A stretch of 64,000 nucleotides of DNA from Verrucomicrobiota bacterium (GTDB lineage Bacteria > Verrucomicrobiota > Verrucomicrobiia > Opitutales > Seribacteraceae). The notes beneath the pieces were generated by a model. The model was given only the letters and a program-made list of their open reading frames with translations, did no database searches and was not told the origin of the DNA. Within the stretch, counting starts at the first letter, position 1. Each line of letters opens with the position of its first letter. Positions 62,867-64,000 of this stretch are shown piece by piece. The stretch is from the NCBI GenBank assembly GCA_027622665.1, contig JAQBYT010000003.1:64001-128000 (forward strand), read 5' to 3'. A program made the position numbers and the translations under genes.

Positions 62867-64000
62867 TCAACGACCCAAACCCATGAGGAATTCGGGATTG
62901 TTTTTGGTTTTCTTCACACGCTGAATGAACATCTCCATAGCATCGACGGGAGGCACGCCTTTGAGGGAGCGTCGAAGAGCGTAAATTTTTCCTAATTCGT
63001 CGGGATGATATAAAAGTTCCTCTTTTCTGGTTCCGCTTTTCTCGAAATCCAAGGCGGGGAAGATGCGCTTGCTGACGAGTTCTCGGTCAAGATGAAGCTC
63101 CATATTGCCAGTGCCCTTGAATTCCTCGAAGATAACTTCATCCATCTTGCTGCCAGTGTCTATCAAGGCAGTGCCGAGAATCGTCAAGCTTCCCCCTCCC
63201 TCGATGTTTCGGGCAGAACCGAAGAAACGCTTCGGTCGTTGAAGAGCCGATGCCTCCACACCTCCACTGAGGATTTTGCCGCTGTTCGGCATAGTCGTAT
63301 TGTAAGCCCGAGCGAGTCGAGTAATGGAATCCAACAATATCACCACCTCTTTCCCCACTTCCACCATACGTCGAGCCTTCTCTATGACGATTTCAGCGGC
63401 GTGCACATGACTTTCGGCGTTTTCGTCGAAAGTGGAAGCGATTATCTCTGCATCGGAAACTTGACGGCGGAAATCGGTGACTTCCTCGGGTCGCTCGTCA
63501 ACCAACAAGATGATAAGGTGGGTATCAGGGTTGTTGGTCCTTATGGCACGAGCCATGCATTGCTGGAGGACAGTTTTACCCGTTCGAGGCGGGGCCACGA
63601 TGAGCCCGCGTTGCCCAAACCCGATGGGAGAAACCAAGTCGACCACACGCATGGAGACATTGTCCCATTCGACATCCGGACTCGTCTCAAGAAAAATCCG
63701 AGACAAGGGATAGTAAGGAGTCAGCTCTGTGAATGGTATTACCTTGGCGGCTTCCTCCGGCGGTTTTCCCATTACAGTTTCAACCCTTATCAGCAAGGGG
63801 CAGGTGGCCCCTTCCATTTTAGGTCTCAGAAAACCTTCCAATAAATGTCCCGTTTGGAGTCCAAAACGTTTGACCACTGCCTTTGGAACAAAAGGGCTCT
63901 GGCTTTTGATTCTATAATTATCCTTCGCCTGAAGCAGCAAACCATAACCTTCTTCAAGAACCTCCAGCACTCCAGAAGTCTTGACTGGAATTTTTTCTTC
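62867..64000 (-). CDS. rho: Transcription termination factor Rho (5' end outside the window)
   Basis: Motifs [47 protein letters not shown] and SGTRKEELL; the frame is open to the window edge. Confidence 0.96.
   Translation of the reverse strand, partial: EEKIPVKTSGVLEVLEEGYGLLLQAKDNYRIKSQSPFVPKAVVKRFGLQTGHLLEGFLRPKMEGATCPLLIRVETVMGKPPEEAAKVIPFTELTPYYPLSRIFLETSPDVEWDNVSMRVVDLVSPIGFGQRGLIVAPPRTGKTVLQQCMARAIRTNNPDTHLIILLVDERPEEVTDFRRQVSDAEIIASTFDENAESHVHAAEIVIEKARRMVEVGKEVVILLDSITRLARAYNTTMPNSGKILSGGVEASALQRPKRFFGSARNIEGGGSLTILGTALIDTGSKMDEVIFEEFKGTGNMELHLDRELVSKRIFPALDFEKSGTRKEELLYHPDELGKIYALRRSLKGVPPVDAMEMFIQRVKKTKNNPEFLMGLGR

Overview
This is a gene-dense bacterial chromosome segment, probably from a Verrucomicrobiota (Opitutae-like) organism. 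That placement is inferred from a PVC-type CxxCH heme protein, SHD1-repeat proteins, Trp-rich surface modules and tandem PilB/GspE ATPases. Housekeeping genes include tmk, holB, a HIT hydrolase, cysCDN, hemW, rnc, mfd, a SurA-like PPIase, radC, partial rho, exbB/exbD-like genes, tRNA-Thr(TGT) and tRNA-Ser(TGA). Accessory content includes a yefM-yoeB toxin-antitoxin pair beside a palindromic REP/RPE-like element, secreted glycan/ester enzymes, two mosaic secreted proteins sharing a Trp-rich module around an AT-rich insert, a Tm-1-like/TIM-barrel pair, a partial pseudaminic-acid-type cluster linked to an FlgN-like operon, and two genes broken by single lesions. The strongest unusual signal is an islet just downstream of tRNA-Ser. 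It encodes a non-catalytic FGE/C-type-lectin-fold lipoprotein whose last ~140 nt show the codon signature of a diversity-generating retroelement (DGR) variable region. I saw no reverse transcriptase or template repeat in the window, so it is a candidate remote (trans-diversified) or orphaned DGR target. All calls come from reading the sequence and ORF track by eye; no searches were run.
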